NCBI GenBank assembly: GCA_023383795.1 | Contig: JAHDYJ010000007.1 | Coordinates: 9,363-73,362 of the forward strand | Direction of reading: 5' to 3' | From: Burkholderiales bacterium | GTDB lineage: Bacteria; Pseudomonadota; Gammaproteobacteria; Burkholderiales; SG8-39 | Length of the DNA stretch: 64,000 nucleotides | Part shown: positions 18,935 to 25,908 of the stretch, one piece after another | How positions within the stretch are numbered: the first letter of the stretch is position 1 | Layout of the letters: every line of letters starts with the position of its first letter | Program-made: the position numbers and the translations under genes | The notes under the pieces: generated by a model | What the model saw: the letters and a program-made list of their open reading frames with translations, nothing else | Database searches by the model: none | Told to the model about the DNA's origin: nothing

Positions 18935-19600
18935 CTACCGCTGCGCGTGCATTCCCTTCGCCTCCGAAGCGAGGGGGAGGGTCAGGGTGGCGGTCGGGCG
19001 CCTCGCGCGCCTGCGCTTCGCCGCGCGCGCCGCCGCCGGCACGAACACCGCCAGCAGGTCGTCGGCGAGCTCGGCGATGCCGAGCGGCCCGTCGCGCTGG
19101 TACCACTGCAGCGTCCAGTTGAGCGCGCCGAGCATCGCGAGGCGCAGCAGCCTGAGATCGCCGCTCACCAGCCCCGCGGCGGCGGCCTCGTCGAGCACCT
19201 CGCGCCACATCGCCTCGACCTCGTCGCGCAGGCCGACGACGCGCCGGCGCGGCCGCGCCGCGAGGCTGCGCCACTCCTGGATCACGACCGCCTGCTCGTC
19301 GCCGCCGCCGTGCAGCGCGGTCAGGTGGCCGAGGAAGAGCGCGCGCAGCCGCTCGAGCGGCGAATCGGCCGCCGCGAGCGGCCCGCGGGCGGCGGCGGCG
19401 AACTGCCGCATCCCCTCGAGCATCACCGCCACGAGCAGCTCCTCCTTGCTCGCGAAGTGATAGAAGATGCTGCCCGACTGGACGCCGACCGCGCGCGCGA
19501 TCTCGCGCGCCGTGGTGCGCTCGTAGCCGTAGCGGCGGAAGAGCGCGGCCGCGGCGGCGATCAGCCGGCGGCGGCGCTCCGGGTCCTCGGGGCGGGCCAT
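18935..19600 (-). CDS. TetR-family transcriptional regulator
   Basis: Track ORF, 221 aa. N-terminal HTH LFRRYGYERTTAREIARAVGVQSGSIFYHFASKEELL. Confidence 0.9.
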   Translation of the reverse strand: MARPEDPERRRRLIAAAAALFRRYGYERTTAREIARAVGVQSGSIFYHFASKEELLVAVMLEGMRQFAAAARGPLAAADSPLERLRALFLGHLTALHGGGDEQAVVIQEWRSLAARPRRRVVGLRDEVEAMWREVLDEAAAAGLVSGDLRLLRLAMLGALNWTLQWYQRDGPLGIAELADDLLAVFVPAAARAAKRRRARRPTATLTLPLASEAKGMHAQR

Positions 19601-19602
19601 GG

Positions 19603-19672
19603 CGCATTCTAGGCGGCGCCCATTAACTGAGCAAGCGCTTGATTAATTCCCCGGGCGCGGCCTAGAATGGCG
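19603..19672. promoter_or_regulatory. Divergent promoter/operator region with a 17-bp inverted repeat; each arm carries TAGAAT
   Basis: Left arm CGCATTCTAGGCGGCGCC (19603-19620) and right arm GGCGCGGCCTAGAATGG (19654-19670) match at 16/17 positions when reverse-complemented. Plus strand: TTGATT (19639-19644), 18 nt, TAGAAT (19663-19668). The only AT-rich patch lies between the arms. Confidence 0.4.
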
Positions 19673-19701
19673 CGGTCGCCCGTTCCGCCCTCCCCCCGCC
19701 C

Positions 19702-20631
19702 ATGAGCGAAGCCCTGCAGTGGCCCACCTTGCGCCGCATCGTCGTCGTCGGCGGCGGCGGGCTCATGGGCCACGGGATCGTCGCCGCCTGCCTGGCCGGT
19801 CACCCGACCGCCGAAGTGCATCTCGTCTCGCGCCGCCGGGAGTCGCTCGAGCACGGCATGGCGCTCCTGCGGAGCGGCCCCTTCGGGCTCGAGAACCTGG
19901 TGAAGAAGGGCAAGCTCTCCGGGGAAGCCCTCGCGGCGGCGCTCGAGCGCGTGCGTCCCGGCCTCGACATCGGCGCGGCAGCCGGCGGGGCCGAGCTCGT
20001 CTTCGAGACCGTCCCCGAGGCGGTCGCGGCCAAGCATGCGGTGCTCCGCGAAGTGGAGGCGGCTGCGCCCCGCTCGGCGATCATCGCCACGAACACGTCG
20101 TCGATCATGATCGGCGAGCTCGCCGGCGCGCTCGCGCATCCCGAGCGCCTGGTCGGGACGCACTGGTTCTACCCGGCGAACGTGATGCCGCTGGTCGAGG
20201 TGGCGCGCGGCGAGCAGACCGCGCCGTGGGCGGTCGACGCCGTCGTGGACTTCCTCGCGCGCCTGCGCAAGAAGCCGGTGGTCGTGAACGACGCGCCGGG
20301 CTTCTTCACCACCCGCTTCATCAACCTCTTCATCGCCGAGGCGATGCGCTCGGTGGAGAGCGGCATCTGCGGCATCGCCGAGGTCGACGAGATGGTGAAG
20401 ACCGGCCTCGGCTGGCCGATGGGCGTGTTCGAGCTCCTCGACAGGACCGCGTCGTTCGATTCCTGGTACCACGCGCAGGAGTACCTGCACGCGACGCTCG
20501 GCGAGCGCTACGCGGTGCCGCCGATCGCGCGCCGCGTGTTCGGCGCCGGCTACCGCGGCGCGCCCGCGCTCAAGCCCGGCAGCCGCGGCGGCTGGTACGA
20601 CTATTTCGGGTTGAGACCCCCGAGCCGATGA
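19702..20631 (+). CDS. 3-hydroxyacyl-CoA dehydrogenase (3-hydroxybutyryl-CoA dehydrogenase family)
   Basis: Track ORF, 309 aa. Rossmann VVVGGGGLMGHGIV, ATNTSS, HWFYPANVMPLVEV, PGFFTTRF. Confidence 0.88.
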   Translation: MSEALQWPTLRRIVVVGGGGLMGHGIVAACLAGHPTAEVHLVSRRRESLEHGMALLRSGPFGLENLVKKGKLSGEALAAALERVRPGLDIGAAAGGAELVFETVPEAVAAKHAVLREVEAAAPRSAIIATNTSSIMIGELAGALAHPERLVGTHWFYPANVMPLVEVARGEQTAPWAVDAVVDFLARLRKKPVVVNDAPGFFTTRFINLFIAEAMRSVESGICGIAEVDEMVKTGLGWPMGVFELLDRTASFDSWYHAQEYLHATLGERYAVPPIARRVFGAGYRGAPALKPGSRGGWYDYFGLRPPSR

Positions 20632-20640
20632 TTGGACCGG

Positions 20641-20712
20641 GCGATATGCAAGGGGAGCGCTCGCCCTGTTCGTACGGCTGCTCCCCGCAGCCGCCAGAGC
20701 CCGTTCGCTCTG
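20641..20712. repeat. Intergenic hairpin cluster containing the CCTGTTCGTACG box
   Basis: ATATGCAAGGGGAGCGCTCGCCCTGTTCGTACG, followed by perfect 6-bp stems GGCTGC/GCAGCC and CAGAGC/GCTCTG. The box recurs at 1151-1168, 1206-1223, 23768-23783 and 23806-23822. Confidence 0.6.
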
Positions 20713-20743
20713 GAAGCTGCCACTGCTGCAACGGAGAAATGTC

Positions 20744-21931
20744 ATGAACGAGGTCGTGATCGTCGAGGCCTGCCGGACCGCGCAGGGCACGTTCGGCGGA
20801 ACGCTGCGCGACGTCCCGGCGCACGCGCTCGCGCGCCACGTCGTGAAGGAGGCCGTGCGGCGCGCCGGCATCGATCCGCTCGAGATCGAGGGCGTCGCGA
20901 TGGGCCAGGTCTACCAGAGCTCGGAGGCGCTCAACATCGCGCGCTTCTGCGCGATGGAGGCGGACCTGCCCTTCGCCGTCGCCGGCTACTCGGTGAACGC
21001 CGCGTGCTGTTCCTCGCTCGAGGCGGTGAGCTGCGCGGTGCGCGACATCGCCTGCGGCGACGCCCAGGTCATGATCGGCGCGGGCGTCGAGAACATGAGC
21101 GCCGCGCCCTACCGCGTCACCGGGCATCGCTGGGGCATGCGGCGCGGCCATTCGGAGATCATCGACCAGTTCGAGGAATCGACCTGGAGCGCATCGACGT
21201 ACAGGTTCGGCCGCTTCAACATGGGCATGTCGGGCGACCACATCGCGAAGGTCTACGGCATCTCGCGCGCCGAGCAGGACGAGTACGCGCTGCGCTCGCA
21301 GCAGCTCGCCGTGCGCTCGATCGACTGCGGCGCCTTCGCCGCCGAGATCACGCCGGTCACCGTGCAGACGCGCGCCGGTCAGGTCGAGTTCGCGGTGGAC
21401 GAGCACCTACGCCGCGACACCTCGCTCGAGAAGCTCGCGCGGCTCAAGCCGAGCTTCGGCGAGGGCGGCACGGTCACCGCCGGCAACGCCTCGGGCGTGA
21501 GCGACGGCGCCTCCGCCGTGCTGCTGATGTCGCACGCCAAGGCCGCTGCGCTCGGCGTCAAGCCGCTCGCGAGGTTCCGCAGCACCGCGCGCGTCGGCGT
21601 CGATCCGCGCCTGATCTGCATGAGCCCGGGCCCGGCGGGCAAGCTCGCGGTGGAGCGCGCCGGGCTGCGGCCGAAGGACATCGGCTGGTGGGAGATCAAC
21701 GAAGCGTTCGCCTCGGTCGTGCTGGCGTCGATGAAGGAGCTCGACATCGGCCTCGAGCGCGTGAACCCCGCCGGCGGCGGCATCGCGCTCGGGCATCCGG
21801 TCGGCAACAGCGGCTGCCGGACGCTGGTGACGATGGTGCACGCGATGCGCCGCGAGGGCATCCGTTACGGCTGTTGCACGATCGGCGGCGGCGGCGGCAT
21901 CGCCACGGCCGCGGTGCTCGAGCTTTGCTAG
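20744..21931 (+). CDS. Thiolase-family acetyl-CoA acyltransferase
   Basis: Track ORF, 395 aa. NAACCSSLEAV, GHPVGNSGCR, CCTIGGGGGIATA. GGAGAA before the ATG. Confidence 0.88.
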   Translation: MNEVVIVEACRTAQGTFGGTLRDVPAHALARHVVKEAVRRAGIDPLEIEGVAMGQVYQSSEALNIARFCAMEADLPFAVAGYSVNAACCSSLEAVSCAVRDIACGDAQVMIGAGVENMSAAPYRVTGHRWGMRRGHSEIIDQFEESTWSASTYRFGRFNMGMSGDHIAKVYGISRAEQDEYALRSQQLAVRSIDCGAFAAEITPVTVQTRAGQVEFAVDEHLRRDTSLEKLARLKPSFGEGGTVTAGNASGVSDGASAVLLMSHAKAAALGVKPLARFRSTARVGVDPRLICMSPGPAGKLAVERAGLRPKDIGWWEINEAFASVVLASMKELDIGLERVNPAGGGIALGHPVGNSGCRTLVTMVHAMRREGIRYGCCTIGGGGGIATAAVLELC

Positions 21932-21946
21932 ACAGGAGAGAGACCG

Positions 21947-23713
21947 ATGAGCGCTGTGCTCGAACCGCAGGGCAAAGGTGCGGCGGAAGGCGCCGCGGCC
22001 GCGCCGGCCGAGTATCCGCCGCAATTCAACCCGGAATTCCTCGAGGCGACGCGCCGGCTCGAGCACGAGTGGCGCGCGAAGTTCGACGCCGTCGCGCGGA
22101 AATTCGGCGTCGACCCGGCCGCCTATCAGCGCCGCACCGACTCCGGCCTGCCGGTGAAGCCGGCGTACTTCCCGCACGACGTGGCCAACGGCCGCTACGA
22201 CATGCTGACCGCGCCGGGCGTGTATCCGTTCACCCGCGGCCTTTACCCGGCGCAGTACCAGTTCATGTACTGGGCGAACCAGCCGGTGATCGGGTACGGC
22301 CTGCCGGAGGACACGCGCAAGCGCATGGACTACCTCGAGCGGCAGGGGATGACCGGGTACTTCGGCAACACGTTCTACAACCTGGTGTACGACCTCGTCT
22401 CGCACGAGGGCCTCGATCCCGACCACCCGGCCGCCGAGGGGCGCGTCGGGCAGTGCGGGATGGCGGTCTACTCGGTCGAGGACAACGCTCGGCTCTTCGA
22501 CGGTCTCGCGCTCGACAGGATCAACGTCATCCACATCTCGTACTACGAGGTGCTGCCGGTGCTCGCGCACTACCTCGCCTACGCGCGGCGGCGCGGCGTG
22601 CCCTGGTCGAAGCTCGGCGGCAACTCGATGAGCTGGTACTACCAGAGCGCCTACGTCGGCATGACCTGCTTCCCGCCCAAGGGCGGCATGGACCTCGCGG
22701 TGGAGCTCGTCAACTTCTGCACCCGCGAGATGCCGCGCTGGAACACGGTCAACATCTTCGGCTACGGGATGGAGGAGGCCGGCGCCACCGCGGTGCAGGA
22801 GGTCGCGTTCTCGGTCGCGGCGGGCATCGACTACGCGCGCGCCTGCGTCGCGAGCGGGCTCGCGCCGGACCGGTTCCTCTCGCGCTTCGGGTTCCAGATC
22901 TCGCAGTCGAACGACTTCTTCGAGGAGATCTGCAAGATCCGCGCGCTGCGCCGCCTGTGGGCGCGCAAGTGCCACGCGCTCGGCGCGCGCGACCCGAAGA
23001 GCATGCACGTCCGCATCCATACGCACACGGCCGGCTCGGTGCTCACCGCGCAGCAGCCGCTCAACAACCTGATCCGTACCACGCTGCACGCCTTCGGCGC
23101 CGCGCTTTCCGGCACCCAGGCGATGGAGGTGAGCTCGTTCGACGAGGCGCTCGCGATCCCGACCGAGCACGCGCACACGATGGCGCTCAGGATCCAGCAG
23201 ATCATCCAGGAGGAGTCGGGCATCACGCGCGTCGCCGACCCGCTCGGCGGCTCCTACTACGTCGAAGCGCTGACCGACCAGATCGAGGCGGCGGCGGAGA
23301 GGATCTTCGACGCGGTCGAGGCGCGCGGCGGCTACCACAAGTGCCACGACTTCGTGCGCTCGTCGATCGAGGAGAGCGCCGCGCGCTGGCGCGACCAGGT
23401 CGACGCGAAGGAGCGGATCGTCGTCGGCATGAACAAGTACGAGTCGGCCGAGGTGCAGGACATCGAGATCTTCCGCGTCGACCCGGAGAGCGAGCGCATC
23501 GCGGTCGAGCGGGTGCGCGGGTTGCGCGCGCGCCGCGACGCGAAGCGCTGGGAGGCCGCGATGGCGGCGCTCGACGCCGCCGCCGGGCGCTTCGCCGGCG
23601 GCGAGATCGGCGTCCTGATGCCGGCGATGATCGAGGCCGCCGACGCCGACGCCACGACCGGCGAGCTGATGGGCGTGCTCAAGAAGCGCGTGGGGTGGGG
23701 CTCTCCTTACTAG
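21947..23713 (+). CDS. Acyl-CoA mutase-like large (substrate-binding TIM-barrel) subunit, highly divergent
   Basis: Track ORF, 588 aa, AGGAGAGAG before the ATG. Family blocks YPFTRG, EEAGATAVQEVAF, FFEEICKIRALRRLWA, FDEALAIPTE, DPLGGSYYVEALT. Several canonical substrate-contact blocks are replaced (see findings). Confidence 0.8.
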   Translation: MSAVLEPQGKGAAEGAAAAPAEYPPQFNPEFLEATRRLEHEWRAKFDAVARKFGVDPAAYQRRTDSGLPVKPAYFPHDVANGRYDMLTAPGVYPFTRGLYPAQYQFMYWANQPVIGYGLPEDTRKRMDYLERQGMTGYFGNTFYNLVYDLVSHEGLDPDHPAAEGRVGQCGMAVYSVEDNARLFDGLALDRINVIHISYYEVLPVLAHYLAYARRRGVPWSKLGGNSMSWYYQSAYVGMTCFPPKGGMDLAVELVNFCTREMPRWNTVNIFGYGMEEAGATAVQEVAFSVAAGIDYARACVASGLAPDRFLSRFGFQISQSNDFFEEICKIRALRRLWARKCHALGARDPKSMHVRIHTHTAGSVLTAQQPLNNLIRTTLHAFGAALSGTQAMEVSSFDEALAIPTEHAHTMALRIQQIIQEESGITRVADPLGGSYYVEALTDQIEAAAERIFDAVEARGGYHKCHDFVRSSIEESAARWRDQVDAKERIVVGMNKYESAEVQDIEIFRVDPESERIAVERVRGLRARRDAKRWEAAMAALDAAAGRFAGGEIGVLMPAMIEAADADATTGELMGVLKKRVGWGSPY

Positions 23714-23754
23714 AACCGATCTCAAAATGCGAATGCGGTCGCGAAAGAGGGGAT

Positions 23755-23923
23755 CTACAAAAGGCTCGCCCCTTGTTCGTTCGGGATATACACAAGGGGC
23801 AATCTGCCCCTTGTTCGTACGACCTCGGTTCGGGAAGAAGCACGGCCGCGATTCTGAGATAGCCTCTGACCCTTCCCCGCAGGGGAAGGCACGACGCTCC
23901 CTCCCCCTTTGTGAGGGGGAGGG
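23755..23923. repeat. Composite repeat block inside the mutase inter-subunit spacer
   Basis: Two CCCCTTGTTCGT(T/A)CG boxes, the second within a perfect 9-bp hairpin ACAAGGGGC-AATCT-GCCCCTTGT (23792-23814). Then CCTTCCCC-GCA-GGGGAAGG (23871-23889) and CCCTCCCCC-TTTGTGA-GGGGGAGGG (23899-23923). Confidence 0.75.
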
Positions 23924-23986
23924 TCGGGGAGGGGGTGGCGCGGGCGCCTCCTCGCTATGATGACCCGCACAAGAACGGAACCAGTT

Positions 23987-24400
23987 ATGACCGACCGAAT
24001 CATCCGCGTGCTGCTCGGCAAGACCACCATGGAGTGCCACGACCGCGGCGTGCGCTATCTTGCGACCAAGCTTCGCGACGCGGGCATGGAGGTGGTGTTC
24101 ATCAACTTCCTCGAGCCGCGCGAGATCATCGACGTCGCCGTCGACGAGGACGTCGACGTGATCGGCATCTCGAGCTCGGTCGAGGGCCACATTCCGGTCG
24201 CGCGCGAGGTCATGCGCCGCCTGCGGGAGCGCGCGATGGAGGATGTCCTGGTGGTGTTCGGCGGCGTGATCCCCGAGCGCGACATCGGCCCGATGAAGGA
24301 GATGGGAGTCCGCGAGGTCTTCGGGCCGGGCTCGTCGGCCGAGGCGTTCATCGGGTTTCTCCGGGCCAACGTCCGGGAGCGGCACTTCGCCGCCGAATAG
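23987..24400 (+). CDS. Cobalamin-binding small subunit of the mutase-like enzyme
   Basis: In track ORF 23957..24400; I prefer ATG 23987 (MTDRIIRVLLGK..), which matches the short N-terminus of known small subunits. B12-binding fold blocks DVIGISSS and VVFGGVIP. The DxHxxG loop reads ECHDRG. Confidence 0.8.
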   Translation: MTDRIIRVLLGKTTMECHDRGVRYLATKLRDAGMEVVFINFLEPREIIDVAVDEDVDVIGISSSVEGHIPVAREVMRRLRERAMEDVLVVFGGVIPERDIGPMKEMGVREVFGPGSSAEAFIGFLRANVRERHFAAE

Positions 24401-24512
24401 GCTCCGCCGCCGGGACGTCGGCATCGCACGCGTTCGCGGCAATGAAGGCACAATCTCGTCGTCGGGCCCGGGCAGCTTCCGGGCTCAAACATCACCCACA
24501 GGGGAGGGGAAA

Positions 24513-25829
24513 ATGAAACGAAGCATCGTGGTCGGCACGATCGCCTCGCTCGCGCTTTTCGGTGCTCCGGCACTCGCGCAGAACGAGCAGTTCTTTCCGA
24601 TGAACGGCTACTGGGTGGGCCCGTACGCGGCCGGCGGATCGGCGATCTTCGGCGGCATGATCGACTACATGGCGATGGTGAACGCCCGCGACGGGGGCGT
24701 GGGCGGGGTCAGACTCACCTGGGAGAAGTGCGAGACCGAGTACAACAACGCGCGCGGAGTCGAGTGCTACGAGCGCCTGAAGACCAAGGGTCCGACCGGG
24801 GCGACGCTGGTGCATCCGCTCTCCACCGGCATCACCTACTCGCTGATCGAGAAGGCGACGGGCGACAAGATCCCGCTGGTGACCCTCGGGTACGGGCGCA
24901 CCGATGCGACCGACGGGCGGGTGTTCCCGTACATCTTCCCGCTGATCACCAACTACTGGTCGCAGAGCACCGCCAAGATCAAGTTCATCGGCATGCGCGA
25001 AGGCGGGATGGACAAGTTGAAGGGCAAGAAGATCGTGAACGTCTATCACGACTCGGCCTACGGCAAGGAGACCATCCCGATCCTCGACGCCCAGGCGAAG
25101 AAGTACGGGTTCCAGGTCACGCACATCCCGGTGGCGCACCCGGGCAACGAGCAGGGGGCGCAGTGGCTGCAGGTGCGCCAGATCCGGCCCGACTGGGTGA
25201 TCCTGCGCGGCTGGGGGGTGATGAACCCGACCGCGATCAAGGCGGCGCAGCGGGTCGGCTTCCCGCGCAACAAGATGCTGGGCGTGTGGTGGTCCGGCGC
25301 CGAGGAAGACACCATCCCGGCCGGCGACGCGGCGAAGGGCTACATCGCCGCCGGCTTCAACGTCTCCGGAACCAACTACCCGGTGATCAAGGACATCGAG
25401 AAGCACGTCTACGCCAAGAGCAAGGGCGAGATGGAGGACCGCTCGCGGCTGGGCAGCATCCTGTACAACCGCGGGGTGGTGCACGGCATCATCAACGTCG
25501 AGGCGCTGCGCACCGCGCAGGCCAAGTTCGGCAAGAAACCCCTCACCGGCGAGCAGGTTCGCTGGGGGCTCGAGAACCTGAACATCGACGAGAAGCGCCT
25601 GAAGGAGATCGGGGCGACCGGCTTCATGCAGCCGCTCAAGGTCTCGTGCATGGACCACGAGGGCGGCGGCGCGGTGAAGTTCCTGCAGTGGGACGGCGCG
25701 AAATGGAACGTGATCAGCGACTGGATCACCTCCGATCAGTCGCTCGTGCGTCCGATGGTCGAGCAGTCGGCCGCCAGGTACGCGAAGGAGAAGAACATCA
25801 CCCCGCGCGACTGCGCGAAAGAAGGCTGA
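24513..25829 (+). CDS. ABC-transporter periplasmic substrate-binding protein (Leu/Ile/Val-binding-protein-like family), orphan
   Basis: Track ORF, 438 aa. Signal peptide MKRSIVVGTIASLALFGAPALAQ; AGGGGAGGGGAAA before the ATG. No permease or ATPase gene adjacent. Confidence 0.8.
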   Translation: MKRSIVVGTIASLALFGAPALAQNEQFFPMNGYWVGPYAAGGSAIFGGMIDYMAMVNARDGGVGGVRLTWEKCETEYNNARGVECYERLKTKGPTGATLVHPLSTGITYSLIEKATGDKIPLVTLGYGRTDATDGRVFPYIFPLITNYWSQSTAKIKFIGMREGGMDKLKGKKIVNVYHDSAYGKETIPILDAQAKKYGFQVTHIPVAHPGNEQGAQWLQVRQIRPDWVILRGWGVMNPTAIKAAQRVGFPRNKMLGVWWSGAEEDTIPAGDAAKGYIAAGFNVSGTNYPVIKDIEKHVYAKSKGEMEDRSRLGSILYNRGVVHGIINVEALRTAQAKFGKKPLTGEQVRWGLENLNIDEKRLKEIGATGFMQPLKVSCMDHEGGGAVKFLQWDGAKWNVISDWITSDQSLVRPMVEQSAARYAKEKNITPRDCAKEG

Positions 25830-25837
25830 TCCGCCCT

Positions 25838-25866
25838 CGCCCTTCCCCTGCGGCGGGGGAAGGGCG
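25838..25866. repeat. GC hairpin CGCCCTTCCCC-N7-GGGGAAGGGCG between convergent genes (possible bidirectional terminator)
   Basis: 11-bp perfect stem starting 9 nt after the stop at 25829. No T-tract follows, so terminator function is unproven. Confidence 0.5.
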
Positions 25867-25908
25867 GGCCGCGTCGCGCGTCGCGCGCCGCGCGCGGCGG
25901 CGCGCCCC

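Noticed and set aside
20719-20725. Cobalamin riboswitch upstream of the thiolase/mutase genes: GCCACTG, identical to the conserved B12-box core, lies in the 113-bp intergenic region.
   Set aside because: The region is too short, and I cannot find the other conserved riboswitch blocks (GGTG..AA.TCC, GGGAAGGC pairing partners). The heptamer alone is likely chance. A covariance-model scan (Rfam RF00174) would settle it.
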